From: Candidatus Saccharimonadales bacterium
Lineage (GTDB): Bacteria > Patescibacteriota > Saccharimonadia > Saccharimonadales > Saccharimonadaceae
Length of the DNA: 64,000 nucleotides
Direction of reading: 5' to 3'
Assembly: GCA_035317825.1 (NCBI GenBank)
Contig: DATHGB010000027.1
Coordinates: 19,579 to 83,578, forward strand
Shown: positions 46,569 through 55,461 of the stretch, in pieces
How the letters are laid out: the number at the start of each line of letters is the position of its first letter
How positions within the stretch are numbered: position 1 is the stretch's first letter
Program-made: the position numbers and the translations under genes
The notes under the pieces: model-generated
What the model saw: the letters and a program-made list of their open reading frames with translations, nothing else
What the model was told of the DNA's origin: nothing
Database searches by the model: none

Positions 46569-47777
46569 ATGAAACATCGGTCCACCACACCAGTTTCTAC
46601 CTCTGTTACTACCAGGATTATCTTGGTAGCGGCTGCCTTCATATTAGCGGTCACAACCACGTTTCAAATGACGCAAATTGCAAAGGCTGATCCTTACCAG
46701 GATAAAATTAACGCATTGCAGGGTGAGATTGGCCAATATCAGGCCGAAGCAAACAAGCTGAGTAATCAAGCGAAGTCGCTCCAGACAGAACTGGCGAGCA
46801 TTACTAATGACATGTCTCAAATCCAGGCACGTGTCGACTTAAGCCAAGCGACATACGATAAACTCGTAAGGGATATTAGCGATAATGAACAAAAAATCGC
46901 TGAGAACCGGGAAGTATTAGGCGACACTATCGCCAGCCTATACGTTGATGATAAAATTTCACCGCTTGAAATGCTTGCAAGCAGCAGTAATATTGGTGAT
47001 TACGTCGACAAACAATCATACCGCTCATCAATTCGCGACACAGTATCTAAGACCATTGAAGAGATCAAAGTCTTAAAGAAGAAACTAGAATCGCAAAAAA
47101 TAGAAGTAGCACGCGTACTTGAAGACCAAAAGGCGCAGCATAAAGCACTTGCCGACAAAGAGTCGGAACGTCAAGCGGTTCTCGCAGCTACACAAGGTCA
47201 AGAAGCTGCCTACAATAAACTTTCAAGCGACCGTCAAAGCCAGGTTGCTTACCTACGTGAACAGCAGCGGATTGCCTTTGCGGCGATTAGGCCAGGCAGT
47301 ACCTCTAGCCCAACAGGATATGCTATTAATTACCGAAATTGGTCTGGTAATACGCGTTGTGGCGGTGGATATGACTATTGTCAATACGGGATGGATTCAT
47401 ATGTAGATGATCCTTGGGGACTAGGCCTTACGGGTGAGTGCGTACACTACACGGCTGACTGGTTGGAAAATCACGGCTACCGCATTCCATACAAGGCATT
47501 TGGTGGCGGCCGAGGCAACGCGAACCAATGGATTTCTACAGCGACAAACGGTAACTTCGGTAGCGTGGTGGGCAATCCACAAGACGCGCAGTACGGTGAT
47601 GTCGCGTACATGGCCGTTCCGGGCGTAGGACACGTTGGTATCGTTGAAGAAAACTACCACAACGGCTGGGTTCGTGTCAGCCAGTATAACTTTGCCGTAT
47701 ACGGTGATGTTCCAGGGTATAGCACGATGGATCTCCAGATTACAAGCGCTACTCAGTTCCTTCGATTTAGCAAGTAA
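46569..47777 (+). CDS. PcsB-like peptidoglycan hydrolase: signal/TM + coiled coil + C-terminal CHAP domain
   Basis: Long heptad-like region (QGEIGQYQAEANKLSNQAKSLQTELA..). CHAP Cys 'GECVHYTADW' and His 'GHVGIVEE'. Directly follows ftsEX. Confidence 0.8.
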   Translation: MKHRSTTPVSTSVTTRIILVAAAFILAVTTTFQMTQIAKADPYQDKINALQGEIGQYQAEANKLSNQAKSLQTELASITNDMSQIQARVDLSQATYDKLVRDISDNEQKIAENREVLGDTIASLYVDDKISPLEMLASSSNIGDYVDKQSYRSSIRDTVSKTIEEIKVLKKKLESQKIEVARVLEDQKAQHKALADKESERQAVLAATQGQEAAYNKLSSDRQSQVAYLREQQRIAFAAIRPGSTSSPTGYAINYRNWSGNTRCGGGYDYCQYGMDSYVDDPWGLGLTGECVHYTADWLENHGYRIPYKAFGGGRGNANQWISTATNGNFGSVVGNPQDAQYGDVAYMAVPGVGHVGIVEENYHNGWVRVSQYNFAVYGDVPGYSTMDLQITSATQFLRFSK

Positions 47778-47800
47778 TAAATTTAAAAGAGCAAGAATCT

Positions 47801-47828
47801 ATAGCGTACTCCAAGCTGGGTACGCTAT
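47801..47828 (+). terminator. hairpin after CHAP hydrolase gene (no T-run)
   Basis: ATAGCGTAC-(10 nt)-GTACGCTAT. The right arm overlaps a TATAAT box for ctpA. Confidence 0.35.
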
Positions 47829-47871
47829 AATCATAAGAGTTGTTTTTATAATCTAGATAGGGGAAAAGCAC

Positions 47872-49089
47872 GTGGCAGAAAATGGGCAGTCTATGGCGGT
47901 GTCAAACCGGCCTTCGAATGGTATTTCGCGGAATCTTTATTTTTTAACGATCGCTATTACCGTGGTGATTGGGTTTGTTGCGGGGACTCGTAGTAACGAA
48001 CTTTTCGCAGTCGCGGCACCTTTATTGGGCATTAAAGTCGAAACGGGAACGCTGAATCTAGCTCCGGTACAAAAAACGTACCAAGATCTAAAAGCGAATT
48101 TTGACGGCTCACTTGATATGAACGCGCTGATTGATGGTGCTAGTCGCGGGCTAGTGGCGTCGGCAGGTGACCGATACACGGTGTTTATGGACGCAAAAGA
48201 GGCCCAGGCCTTTGACGATGATTTATCTGGCAAGATTGGCGGAGGAATTGGTGCTGAAATCGGTGTCCGTAGTGACCAGCCGACAATTATTCGAGTACTC
48301 CCTGATAATCCTGCCGAAAAGATAGGTCTAAAGGCGGGTGATGTAATTGTAGGTATTAATGACCAATCTACCAAGAATTGGCCGTCCGATCGCACAGCCG
48401 AACAAATTAGGGGTGAAGTGGGGACAACGGTTAAAATAGACGTACAGCGGGGGACTGAAGCGAAAAACTTTACGGTTACTCGTGCGACGGTAACGAATCC
48501 AAGCGTGCAGGCAAGCATTCAGAATGGCGTGGGTATTCTGGACATTAGCCGTTTTGACAGCGAGACAAGCAGTTTGGCTCGCACGGCAGCTCAGAACTTC
48601 AAGCAGCAGAACGTGAAAAGCGTGATCCTGGACCTTCGTGACAATGGTGGTGGTTATGTTACGGCTGCGCAGGACGTTGCAGGCCTATGGCTGGACAACA
48701 AGACGGTCGTATCCGAACGGACAGGCGATAAGGTTGTTGAAGAGCTTAAATCAGGCGGAGACTCTATTCTAGCAGGCATTCCAACGGTTATTCTGGTAAA
48801 CGGCGGAAGCGCGAGTGCCAGCGAAATCGTTGCAGGAGCGCTTCAGGATTACAAAACCGCAACGCTTATTGGCGAAAAGACGTTTGGCAAGGGAACTGTC
48901 CAGAAGGTGATTGACCTTGCGAATGGGACAAAACTAAAGGTAACGGTTGCGCGTTGGTATACGCCGAATGGTAAAAATATTACCAAAGAGGGCATCCAGC
49001 CGAATCAAAAGGTAGAGATGTCCTTAGCTGATACGAATACAGGTAAAGATCCGCAACTTGACGCGGCAAAAGCCTACCTCGAGAAGTAG
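47872..49089 (+). CDS. ctpA: S41-family C-terminal processing peptidase with PDZ
   Basis: GTG start after AGGGGA. 'GGGIGAEIG', PDZ 'PAEKIGLKAGDVIVGIND', 'LVNGGSASASEIVAGALQD', 'GEKTFGKGTVQ'. Confidence 0.85.
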   Translation: MAENGQSMAVSNRPSNGISRNLYFLTIAITVVIGFVAGTRSNELFAVAAPLLGIKVETGTLNLAPVQKTYQDLKANFDGSLDMNALIDGASRGLVASAGDRYTVFMDAKEAQAFDDDLSGKIGGGIGAEIGVRSDQPTIIRVLPDNPAEKIGLKAGDVIVGINDQSTKNWPSDRTAEQIRGEVGTTVKIDVQRGTEAKNFTVTRATVTNPSVQASIQNGVGILDISRFDSETSSLARTAAQNFKQQNVKSVILDLRDNGGGYVTAAQDVAGLWLDNKTVVSERTGDKVVEELKSGGDSILAGIPTVILVNGGSASASEIVAGALQDYKTATLIGEKTFGKGTVQKVIDLANGTKLKVTVARWYTPNGKNITKEGIQPNQKVEMSLADTNTGKDPQLDAAKAYLEK

Positions 49090-49133
49090 GAGCTTGTGCT
49101 TTTGGGCAACACTATAGTACTATGGAGGAAGTT

Positions 49134-49523
49134 ATGGACGACAACGCAAAGAAAAAGATTTTACTTGTAGAAGATGATACGGCGCTAGCAGCGGTTTATA
49201 AATCGCGACTAGAGCTAGAAGGCTTTGAAATTAAAGAGGTAAATAACGGGGAAGACGCATTGTCAGCTGCGGTTGCATTTAAGCCTGACCTTATTTTACT
49301 TGATGCAATGATGCCAAAGATCAGCGGGTTTGACGTGTTAGATATCTTGCGTAATACGCCAGATACGACCAATATCCGCGTGATTATGCTAACTGCACTT
49401 AGCCAGCCTAAAGACAAAGAACGTGCCGAAGCGCTAGGCGTTGACGATTATCTTGTTAAATCGCAAGTTGTTATTGGGGACGTTGTCGAACGTGTCAAAT
49501 TTCATCTGGGGATGAAAAGCTAG
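49134..49523 (+). CDS. stand-alone response-regulator receiver (REC) protein
   Basis: GGAGGA RBS. 'KILLVEDD', 'DLILLDAMMPKISGFDV', 'MLTA', 'DYLVK'. No output domain. Confidence 0.85.
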   Translation: MDDNAKKKILLVEDDTALAAVYKSRLELEGFEIKEVNNGEDALSAAVAFKPDLILLDAMMPKISGFDVLDILRNTPDTTNIRVIMLTALSQPKDKERAEALGVDDYLVKSQVVIGDVVERVKFHLGMKS

Positions 49524-49590
49524 TCTATAGGAGGGGGTCTTCCATGGAAGGCGCATAAACTAATATGGGCGACTAAAACTAAAGTATATA

Positions 49591-49621
49591 AAATAAGACT
49601 GCAAAAAGCAGTCTTATTTTT
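49591..49621. terminator. bidirectional terminator between REC gene and rpmA
   Basis: AAATAAGACTGC-AAAAA-GCAGTCTTATTT, a 12-bp stem with A/T-run flanks. Confidence 0.8.
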
Positions 49622-49635
49622 ATTAGAGAATAAAC

Positions 49636-49908
49636 CTATTCAACGCTAACTTGCGTACGAGGAACAGTTTTACCTGTAAAGTGGCCTTTTTTAACCTTAG
49701 CGAACTTCACGACGCCATCAACTGCGGCGTGAATGGTGAAGTTTTTGCTAACGAAAGTACCAGGACCAGCAACTTTGCTGCTACCTGTTTGACGTACGAG
49801 GATTTCACCCGTACTAACTTTTTGGCCACCAAAGCGCTTAACGCCTAGGCGACGGCCGGCGTTGTTGTGGATGTTCTTACTTGAACCACCTGCTTTAACG
49901 TGTGACAT
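49636..49908 (-). CDS. rpmA: 50S ribosomal protein L27
   Basis: 'MSHVKAGGSSKNIHNNAGRRLGVKRFGGQ'. AAGGAG RBS. Confidence 0.95.
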   Translation of the reverse strand: MSHVKAGGSSKNIHNNAGRRLGVKRFGGQKVSTGEILVRQTGSSKVAGPGTFVSKNFTIHAAVDGVVKFAKVKKGHFTGKTVPRTQVSVE

Positions 49909-49971
49909 GGACTAACTCCTTACAATTTCTAAAATCAATCTGTTTTATTGTACGCGAAATGGGGTATTTCG

Positions 49972-51156
49972 TCAAGACTTAACAAGGACAAGTAATTCAC
50001 GCGCTACGACTTGGTCTTCACGGTAGTAAAGAAGGTCGTTGTTGGTAATATTTTTAAACTCATACCGTGTGTACCCGAGCTTTTCAAGATCACCGATAAG
50101 AGGCAGGTGAGTAAATGTACCATTTGTGTCTTTCCAGGCTGGAATTGCAACGCAAAGCGGCGTACCTGACTCAAGTTGTCCCGCGATGTTTTTTAAGAAG
50201 CCTGACATAATGTAGTTACAGTTTTTACGCACCTCGTCACGTTTGCTAGGAGAAGGCGGAGCGCTAAAGGGCTGGCCAAGGTAGCCTTCACATACTACCG
50301 CATCAATAGGCGGCTTCCATTTCGCAGTCATCGCGTCGCCAGCCTCAAGCTGAGCGTCAATATGGACATTGTGCGTATCGGCAAGCCATTTTAGGTTTGT
50401 CTGTGAATAATCGATCATTTTTTCCGCTAGGTCCGTACCGTAGACCGCGTAGCCCGTAAGAGCTGCTTCTTGCAACACGACGCCCGTGCCGCAGAATGGA
50501 TCGAGAACACGTTTTTGTGGTTGGTCAGCCTCCTCGGATACGGGAACTGCAAGGTTGATCATAATTTGCGCGAGTTTTGGTGGCAACATACCAACGAATG
50601 CGTCGCGTTTAGGACGGCCTTGATCGCGGAGGGCGAGGGCGGTGATGTTTTGAGCACCTGTGCTTTCGGCGACAAGAACACGGCCGTTACGTGCCCGTAC
50701 GACAAGTAACTCAACTTTATTAGCGGATAAGCCTAGTTTATTGTGGTGTGACGTAGCGGTGTTTAGGGCGACGTCAGGGTTAGGGATAAGGCGTAGACTG
50801 CCACCTTCACTCTTTTTGAGCTTTTGTTTTAGGACGATACCTGTTTTTTGCACTTCTGCTGGCGTCACATCAAATCCGTACGCGCTAATCCCTAACGTAA
50901 TCTTGCCGTCAAAGCTTGCCCATTCCTTTGAATATGTTTGAATAATTTTTGTGCTCACATCGCGCCAGTCGGCATGCGTTAGTTCGATGACAACGTGCCC
51001 GGTTTTTTGTGTTCCGCCTAAACGGCTGACGGAAAGCGAGTCAGTTGCGACAGTCGCGGATTGATCAGAAAACCAGCGGGTTTTCTCGCCGCCATATAAA
51101 TGTTCAAGCTCAGCCATACTGAGGGCTGGCTGTCGTCCCAAAATCGCAATATACAT
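49972..51156 (-). CDS. SAM-dependent methyltransferase, Trm11/UPF0020-like (putative RNA m2G methyltransferase)
   Basis: 'RPKRDAFVGMLPPKLAQIMINLA', SAM motif 'VLDPFCGTGVVLQEA'. The motif-IV position reads 'VVCEGYLGQPF' instead of DPPY. ATG at 51156 preferred over 51222. Confidence 0.55.
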   Translation of the reverse strand: MYIAILGRQPALSMAELEHLYGGEKTRWFSDQSATVATDSLSVSRLGGTQKTGHVVIELTHADWRDVSTKIIQTYSKEWASFDGKITLGISAYGFDVTPAEVQKTGIVLKQKLKKSEGGSLRLIPNPDVALNTATSHHNKLGLSANKVELLVVRARNGRVLVAESTGAQNITALALRDQGRPKRDAFVGMLPPKLAQIMINLAVPVSEEADQPQKRVLDPFCGTGVVLQEAALTGYAVYGTDLAEKMIDYSQTNLKWLADTHNVHIDAQLEAGDAMTAKWKPPIDAVVCEGYLGQPFSAPPSPSKRDEVRKNCNYIMSGFLKNIAGQLESGTPLCVAIPAWKDTNGTFTHLPLIGDLEKLGYTRYEFKNITNNDLLYYREDQVVARELLVLVKS

Positions 51157-51178
51157 ACTTGTAGTATATACTAGTCTT
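51157..51178. promoter_or_regulatory. 22-bp divergent intergenic region with palindromic double -10 box
   Basis: TAGTATATACTA (51162-51173). TATACT on + (51167-51172) is 6 nt before ATG 51179. TATACT on - (51168-51163) is 6 nt before ATG 51156. Confidence 0.55.
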
Positions 51179-52219
51179 ATGTCTTTTCGTGCATGGTTGA
51201 GTGTTGTGACGTTCATTCTCATCGGGGTGATTATTTTTTTTGCACGTCACGAACTCGCTCATGCGTGGCGGCTTTTGGAACAAGTCAATATTTGGATTCT
51301 TTTACTTTTGATACCGGGGCAGCTACTGGTCTATTTTGCTTCGGGTGAAATGATGTTTTCGTATCTTCGAGCTAAGAAGTCAATCGAAAAAGCCTCGCCG
51401 CTTGCACTTGCTCGCATGTCGCTTGAAATGAACTTCGTAAACCATATTCTGCCAAGCGGTGGCGTGAGCGGTATTTCATATATGGGCTGGCGGCTAGGTC
51501 ACTTGGGGGTGTCGCCAGGTCGCGCGATCATGGCACAAATGGTTCGTTTCGCTATGGGCTTCGTGGCATTTATCGCGCTGTTAATCATAGCGGTTATTGT
51601 CGTGACGATTGACGGCAATATCAACCGATGGATTATTTTGGTAAGCTCGGCCCTCGCGGGACTTATGATAGGCGCAATAGTCGTAGGGGCGTTTTTACTA
51701 AGCAGCCATCGGCGTATGGTGGTATTTGCACGTTGGCTTACGAAGACTGCTAACCGCTTGGTCAAAAAGGTAACATTCGGACGCGTAAAAAGCGTTTTGA
51801 TATATGAGAAAGTCGAAGTATTCTTCACCGAACTGCAGCACGACTATGATGCATTGATGCGGGATAAGCGGGTTCTTGCCAAGCCGCTTATGTGGGGTGT
51901 GGTCTATACGCTCGCTGATGTCTCGCTATTTATGATTACGTTCTGGGCTCTGGGCGAGCCGGTTAACCCAGCGCCGATTTTGATCGCGTACGGAGTGGCG
52001 ACATCGGCAGCATTCTTTGTCGTGACGCCGGGTGGCGCAGGCGCGTATGAGGCGCTCATGGTAGCGTTCCTTGCGCTGGCAGGTATTTCGCAGGGTGCGG
52101 CAATTGCAGGTATCGTACTAACCCGTGTATTTGTTCTGCTTGGGACTATTGGGCTAGGATATCTATTTTATCAACATGCGATTATCAAGTATGGAAAAAG
52201 CAAACCCCCTACACTTTAG
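51179..52219 (+). CDS. flippase-like / LPG-synthase-TM (UPF0104) family membrane protein
   Basis: 8 or so TM helices, C-terminal 'TPGGAGAYEALMVAFL' block typical of the family. Confidence 0.7.
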   Translation: MSFRAWLSVVTFILIGVIIFFARHELAHAWRLLEQVNIWILLLLIPGQLLVYFASGEMMFSYLRAKKSIEKASPLALARMSLEMNFVNHILPSGGVSGISYMGWRLGHLGVSPGRAIMAQMVRFAMGFVAFIALLIIAVIVVTIDGNINRWIILVSSALAGLMIGAIVVGAFLLSSHRRMVVFARWLTKTANRLVKKVTFGRVKSVLIYEKVEVFFTELQHDYDALMRDKRVLAKPLMWGVVYTLADVSLFMITFWALGEPVNPAPILIAYGVATSAAFFVVTPGGAGAYEALMVAFLALAGISQGAAIAGIVLTRVFVLLGTIGLGYLFYQHAIIKYGKSKPPTL

Positions 52220-53291
52220 CGTTAGCGACTTTATCGCGCTAACGAACCAAACACTCGAATACGCGTATCCGAGTGTTGAAGTCGAGGGCGAAGTAGCTAG
52301 TTTTAAAGTTAATCAGGGAAAATATGTTTTCTTTGATATAAAAGACGCTGGTGGAAGCGTCGGCTGCTTTATGACCGTATGGCAACTACGCGTGCCAATC
52401 GAAGACGGCATGAAAGTGATCGTGACGGCAACGCCAAAACTGACCCAGTGGGGCAAATTCAGCCTGACGGTAAAAGCGCTCCGGCCAAGCGGCGAGGGGA
52501 GTTTGAAAAAGAGTTTCGAACTACTACGCGCAAAACTGGATAAAGAAGGGCTATTTGCGCCGGAACGAAAGCGGTTCCTACCTGCACTGCCCCAACATGT
52601 CGCGGTTATCAGTAGCACCCAGGCGGCGGGGTATGCTGACTTTATAAAGATTTTAGGCGACCGTTGGGGTGGGCTGGACGTTGACGTCGCGCACGTGCAA
52701 GTACAGGGAAGCGACGCACCCGATCAAATGATCCGCGCACTAAAATACTTTAATTCCCGCGAAATTCTACCCGAAGTCATAGTGCTAATCCGTGGAGGTG
52801 GTAGCGCGGATGATCTGAGCGCGTTTAACGACGAACTGCTGGTACGCGAAATTGCCGCTAGCCGTATCCCGACACTTGTCGGTGTTGGACATGAAATTGA
52901 TGAAAGCCTGGCTGATCTCGCTGCTGACGTTCGAGCGGCCACACCAAGTAATGCCGCGCAAATACTAGTACCGGACAAGTCTGAAATTATACGTCGCGTC
53001 AGAAACCAGCTCCAGTCTCTCTTACCTCGCACCGAACAGGCGATTGAGGCTCGAAAAGGTGAACTTTATGCCAATCTTGACTACGCACTAACCCTAATCG
53101 AACGCCATCTTAACCAGCGTAGCGATCAGCTTGCCCAGCTACGACGGGTCATTAGCGAATTCGACCCCCAAAAGGTACTGGCTAGAGGGTACGCGCTGGT
53201 CCGAGGCGACATAGCAGTAGGTAAAAGCATCGAAATTGAAAAAAAAGATATACTAATCACAGCGGAGGTCCAACATGTCAGCAAAAAATAA
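52191..53291 (+). CDS. xseA: exodeoxyribonuclease VII large subunit
   Basis: OB-fold N-terminus ('FSVSDFIALTNQTLE..VEVEGEVASF'), 'VISSTQAAGYADF', 'IRGGGSADDLSAFNDE', 'GVGHEID'. Alternative ATG at 52176. Confidence 0.85.
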   Translation: MEKANPLHFSVSDFIALTNQTLEYAYPSVEVEGEVASFKVNQGKYVFFDIKDAGGSVGCFMTVWQLRVPIEDGMKVIVTATPKLTQWGKFSLTVKALRPSGEGSLKKSFELLRAKLDKEGLFAPERKRFLPALPQHVAVISSTQAAGYADFIKILGDRWGGLDVDVAHVQVQGSDAPDQMIRALKYFNSREILPEVIVLIRGGGSADDLSAFNDELLVREIAASRIPTLVGVGHEIDESLADLAADVRAATPSNAAQILVPDKSEIIRRVRNQLQSLLPRTEQAIEARKGELYANLDYALTLIERHLNQRSDQLAQLRRVISEFDPQKVLARGYALVRGDIAVGKSIEIEKKDILITAEVQHVSKK

Positions 53292-53484
53292 TCCTACGAT
53301 TGCAGAAAAAACAGCGAAACTAAACGAATTGGTCGCGTGGTTTGACGGCGAAGATTTTGAACTTGAATTAGCGCTCGAAAAATTTACGGAAGCAGAAAAA
53401 CTAGCAGCGGAAATTGAAACCGATCTCCAAGCGCTTAAAAATAATATTCAAACCGTTAAAGAAAAGTTCGATAAAGCGTCGTAA
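53275..53484 (+). CDS. xseB: exodeoxyribonuclease VII small subunit
   Basis: 69 aa, 'LELALEKFTEAEKLAAEIETDL'. Overlaps the xseA end. Confidence 0.85.
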   Translation: MSAKNNPTIAEKTAKLNELVAWFDGEDFELELALEKFTEAEKLAAEIETDLQALKNNIQTVKEKFDKAS

Positions 53485-54008
53485 TGTGGTGGTTTTGGCT
53501 CGTCGCTGCCATCGTCATCCTATTTGGGTTTGTGGTTTTTCGCGGCGCACCGTATGTTCCTAGCAAGAAAGGGGATATTAAGCGGGCCTTTGATGAACTT
53601 TATCCAATCGGCAAGCATGATCTGGTCGTCGATATTGGGTCTGGCGATGGTGTTGTGCTACGGCAAGCGGCAATTAGGGGCGCGAGTGCGGTGGGATACG
53701 AATTAAATCCTCTTTTGGTGCTGATTTCACGATGGTTTTCCAGGAATCAGCCTAATGTGAAAATTCACCTGGCTGATTTTTGGTCGGCAAAACTACCAAA
53801 TGCGACGACGGTCGTGTACACGTTTGGCGAGTCGAGAGACATTACGAAAATGGCAAATAAAGTTGCTCGTGAGTCAAAACGGCTAGGGAAGCCCCTGATG
53901 TTTATTAGCTATGCATTTGAAGTTCCGCACCAAACGCCGGTTAAAAAAATAGGCGCGCACTACCTGTATAGGTTTGACCCTTTACACACCCCGGAAGCAC
54001 AAGTATAA
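53484..54008 (+). CDS. class I SAM-dependent methyltransferase with N-terminal TM
   Basis: 'RGAPYVPS', 'VVDIGSGDGVVL', 'GYELNP'. Confidence 0.7.
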   Translation: MWWFWLVAAIVILFGFVVFRGAPYVPSKKGDIKRAFDELYPIGKHDLVVDIGSGDGVVLRQAAIRGASAVGYELNPLLVLISRWFSRNQPNVKIHLADFWSAKLPNATTVVYTFGESRDITKMANKVARESKRLGKPLMFISYAFEVPHQTPVKKIGAHYLYRFDPLHTPEAQV

Positions 54009-54015
54009 TAACGCC

Positions 54016-54678
54016 ATGACGACATATAAACATAAAAATGAATTTGGTGGAGTAAGCGGTTCTCTTATCGCTATCATTGGGCTAACAATTCTTGTTCTAG
54101 GGGCGGGATCGGCGGCTATCTGGGCATATGTAAACTATAACGAGCAAAAAACAAATGTTGACGGTAAGGTCGACCTTGCAGTAGCCGAAGCTAAAAAAGA
54201 GCAAGCCGATAGTGATGAAGCAAAATTCGCCGAACGTGAAAAAGAACCCAACCGGGAGTTTGTTGGACCTGATGACTACGGACGTTTGACATTTATATAT
54301 CCAAAAACCTGGAGCGCGTATATCGCTCAGGACGTGACGAAAGGCAAAGGAACTTACGAAGCCTACCTTAATCCTGTGACCGTGCCTCCCGTAAGCGCTA
54401 CGCAGCAATATGCGCTTCGTGTGTTGGTCGAAGAGAGGGACTATGGTCAAGTTGTAGGGTCTTACGATGCTCTTGTTAAAAAAGGTGATCTAAAAAGTAG
54501 TGCAACAAGTGCGAATGGCCAAAATGGCACGCGCATTGACGGCAGCTTTACTAAAAATATTCGTGGCTCTGCCGTGATCTACAAGATTCGCGATAAAACG
54601 ATTACCCTTCGTACTGACGCTGACACATTCAAGCCTGACTTTGAAAATATTATCAAAACGATAAAATTTAACGGCTAA
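54016..54678 (+). CDS. membrane-anchored hypothetical protein
   Basis: ATG at 54016 inside ORF 53974-54678. N-terminal TM (SLIAIIGLTILVLGAGSAAIWAY). No family recognised. Confidence 0.5.
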   Translation: MTTYKHKNEFGGVSGSLIAIIGLTILVLGAGSAAIWAYVNYNEQKTNVDGKVDLAVAEAKKEQADSDEAKFAEREKEPNREFVGPDDYGRLTFIYPKTWSAYIAQDVTKGKGTYEAYLNPVTVPPVSATQQYALRVLVEERDYGQVVGSYDALVKKGDLKSSATSANGQNGTRIDGSFTKNIRGSAVIYKIRDKTITLRTDADTFKPDFENIIKTIKFNG

Positions 54679-54720
54679 CGCTTGGGACTGAATCCCCAAA
54701 CCTGATACACTATATATAGT

Positions 54721-55461
54721 ATGAAGGGGCGCATAGGGGAGAGTGAAATCAAACAGGACGGGTCGCTTTTTGGTGACCTGTCTTTTGTTGTTGCGGCAGC
54801 ACACGAGCTAAAAGCGCCACTCGCCCTAGTTCGTCAATTATCCCTTGCGCTTGAGGCCGATGGCCTGAGTGACATCGACAAACAGCGAATGCTACGACAG
54901 ATAGTCCTGACGAGCGAACGAGCGCTACGACTAACGACTGATCTGTCACGTTCGTCGCGTTTAGAGGATAGTTTGTTTGATGTCGAGCCGCTTAATCCCC
55001 AGCAAATTTGCGAAGACGTGGTGCACGAACTGTTACCGCTATATGCAGCTAAGGGACGTGAAATTAGAGTCGCGAGCCATCACCGGTCACATCTAGTTGT
55101 GGCAAATCGTGATCTTTTACGGCGAATTATGCTCGGTTTTGGTGATAATGCGCTTCATTATGCTGATTCTACCGTCCCTGTTGAGCTACGGGCAAATAGC
55201 TGCGAAAATGGTTCGAAAATACGCCTAGCGGTACGCGATTACGGCCCTGCGATACCTGTTGATATCTGGGAACGATTACAGGCGCAGCTCGGCACTGGGG
55301 CGCAAACACTTCACGCCCGGCCTGGCAGTAGCGGGCTCGGGTTATATGTGGCGGGGCAATTTGCCGCAGCTATGCATGGAAAGATTGGTGCGACAAGGCA
55401 TCGCGACGGTGCAACGTTCTACGTTGATTTAAACGCATCGACGCAGTTGAGTTTATTATGA
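54721..55461 (+). CDS. soluble minimal histidine kinase (DHp + HATPase_c only)
   Basis: H-box 'AAAHELKAPLA' at residue ~28, N-box 'GDNALHYA', G-box 'GSSGLGLYVAG'. No TM or sensor domain. Confidence 0.8.
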   Translation: MKGRIGESEIKQDGSLFGDLSFVVAAAHELKAPLALVRQLSLALEADGLSDIDKQRMLRQIVLTSERALRLTTDLSRSSRLEDSLFDVEPLNPQQICEDVVHELLPLYAAKGREIRVASHHRSHLVVANRDLLRRIMLGFGDNALHYADSTVPVELRANSCENGSKIRLAVRDYGPAIPVDIWERLQAQLGTGAQTLHARPGSSGLGLYVAGQFAAAMHGKIGATRHRDGATFYVDLNASTQLSLL

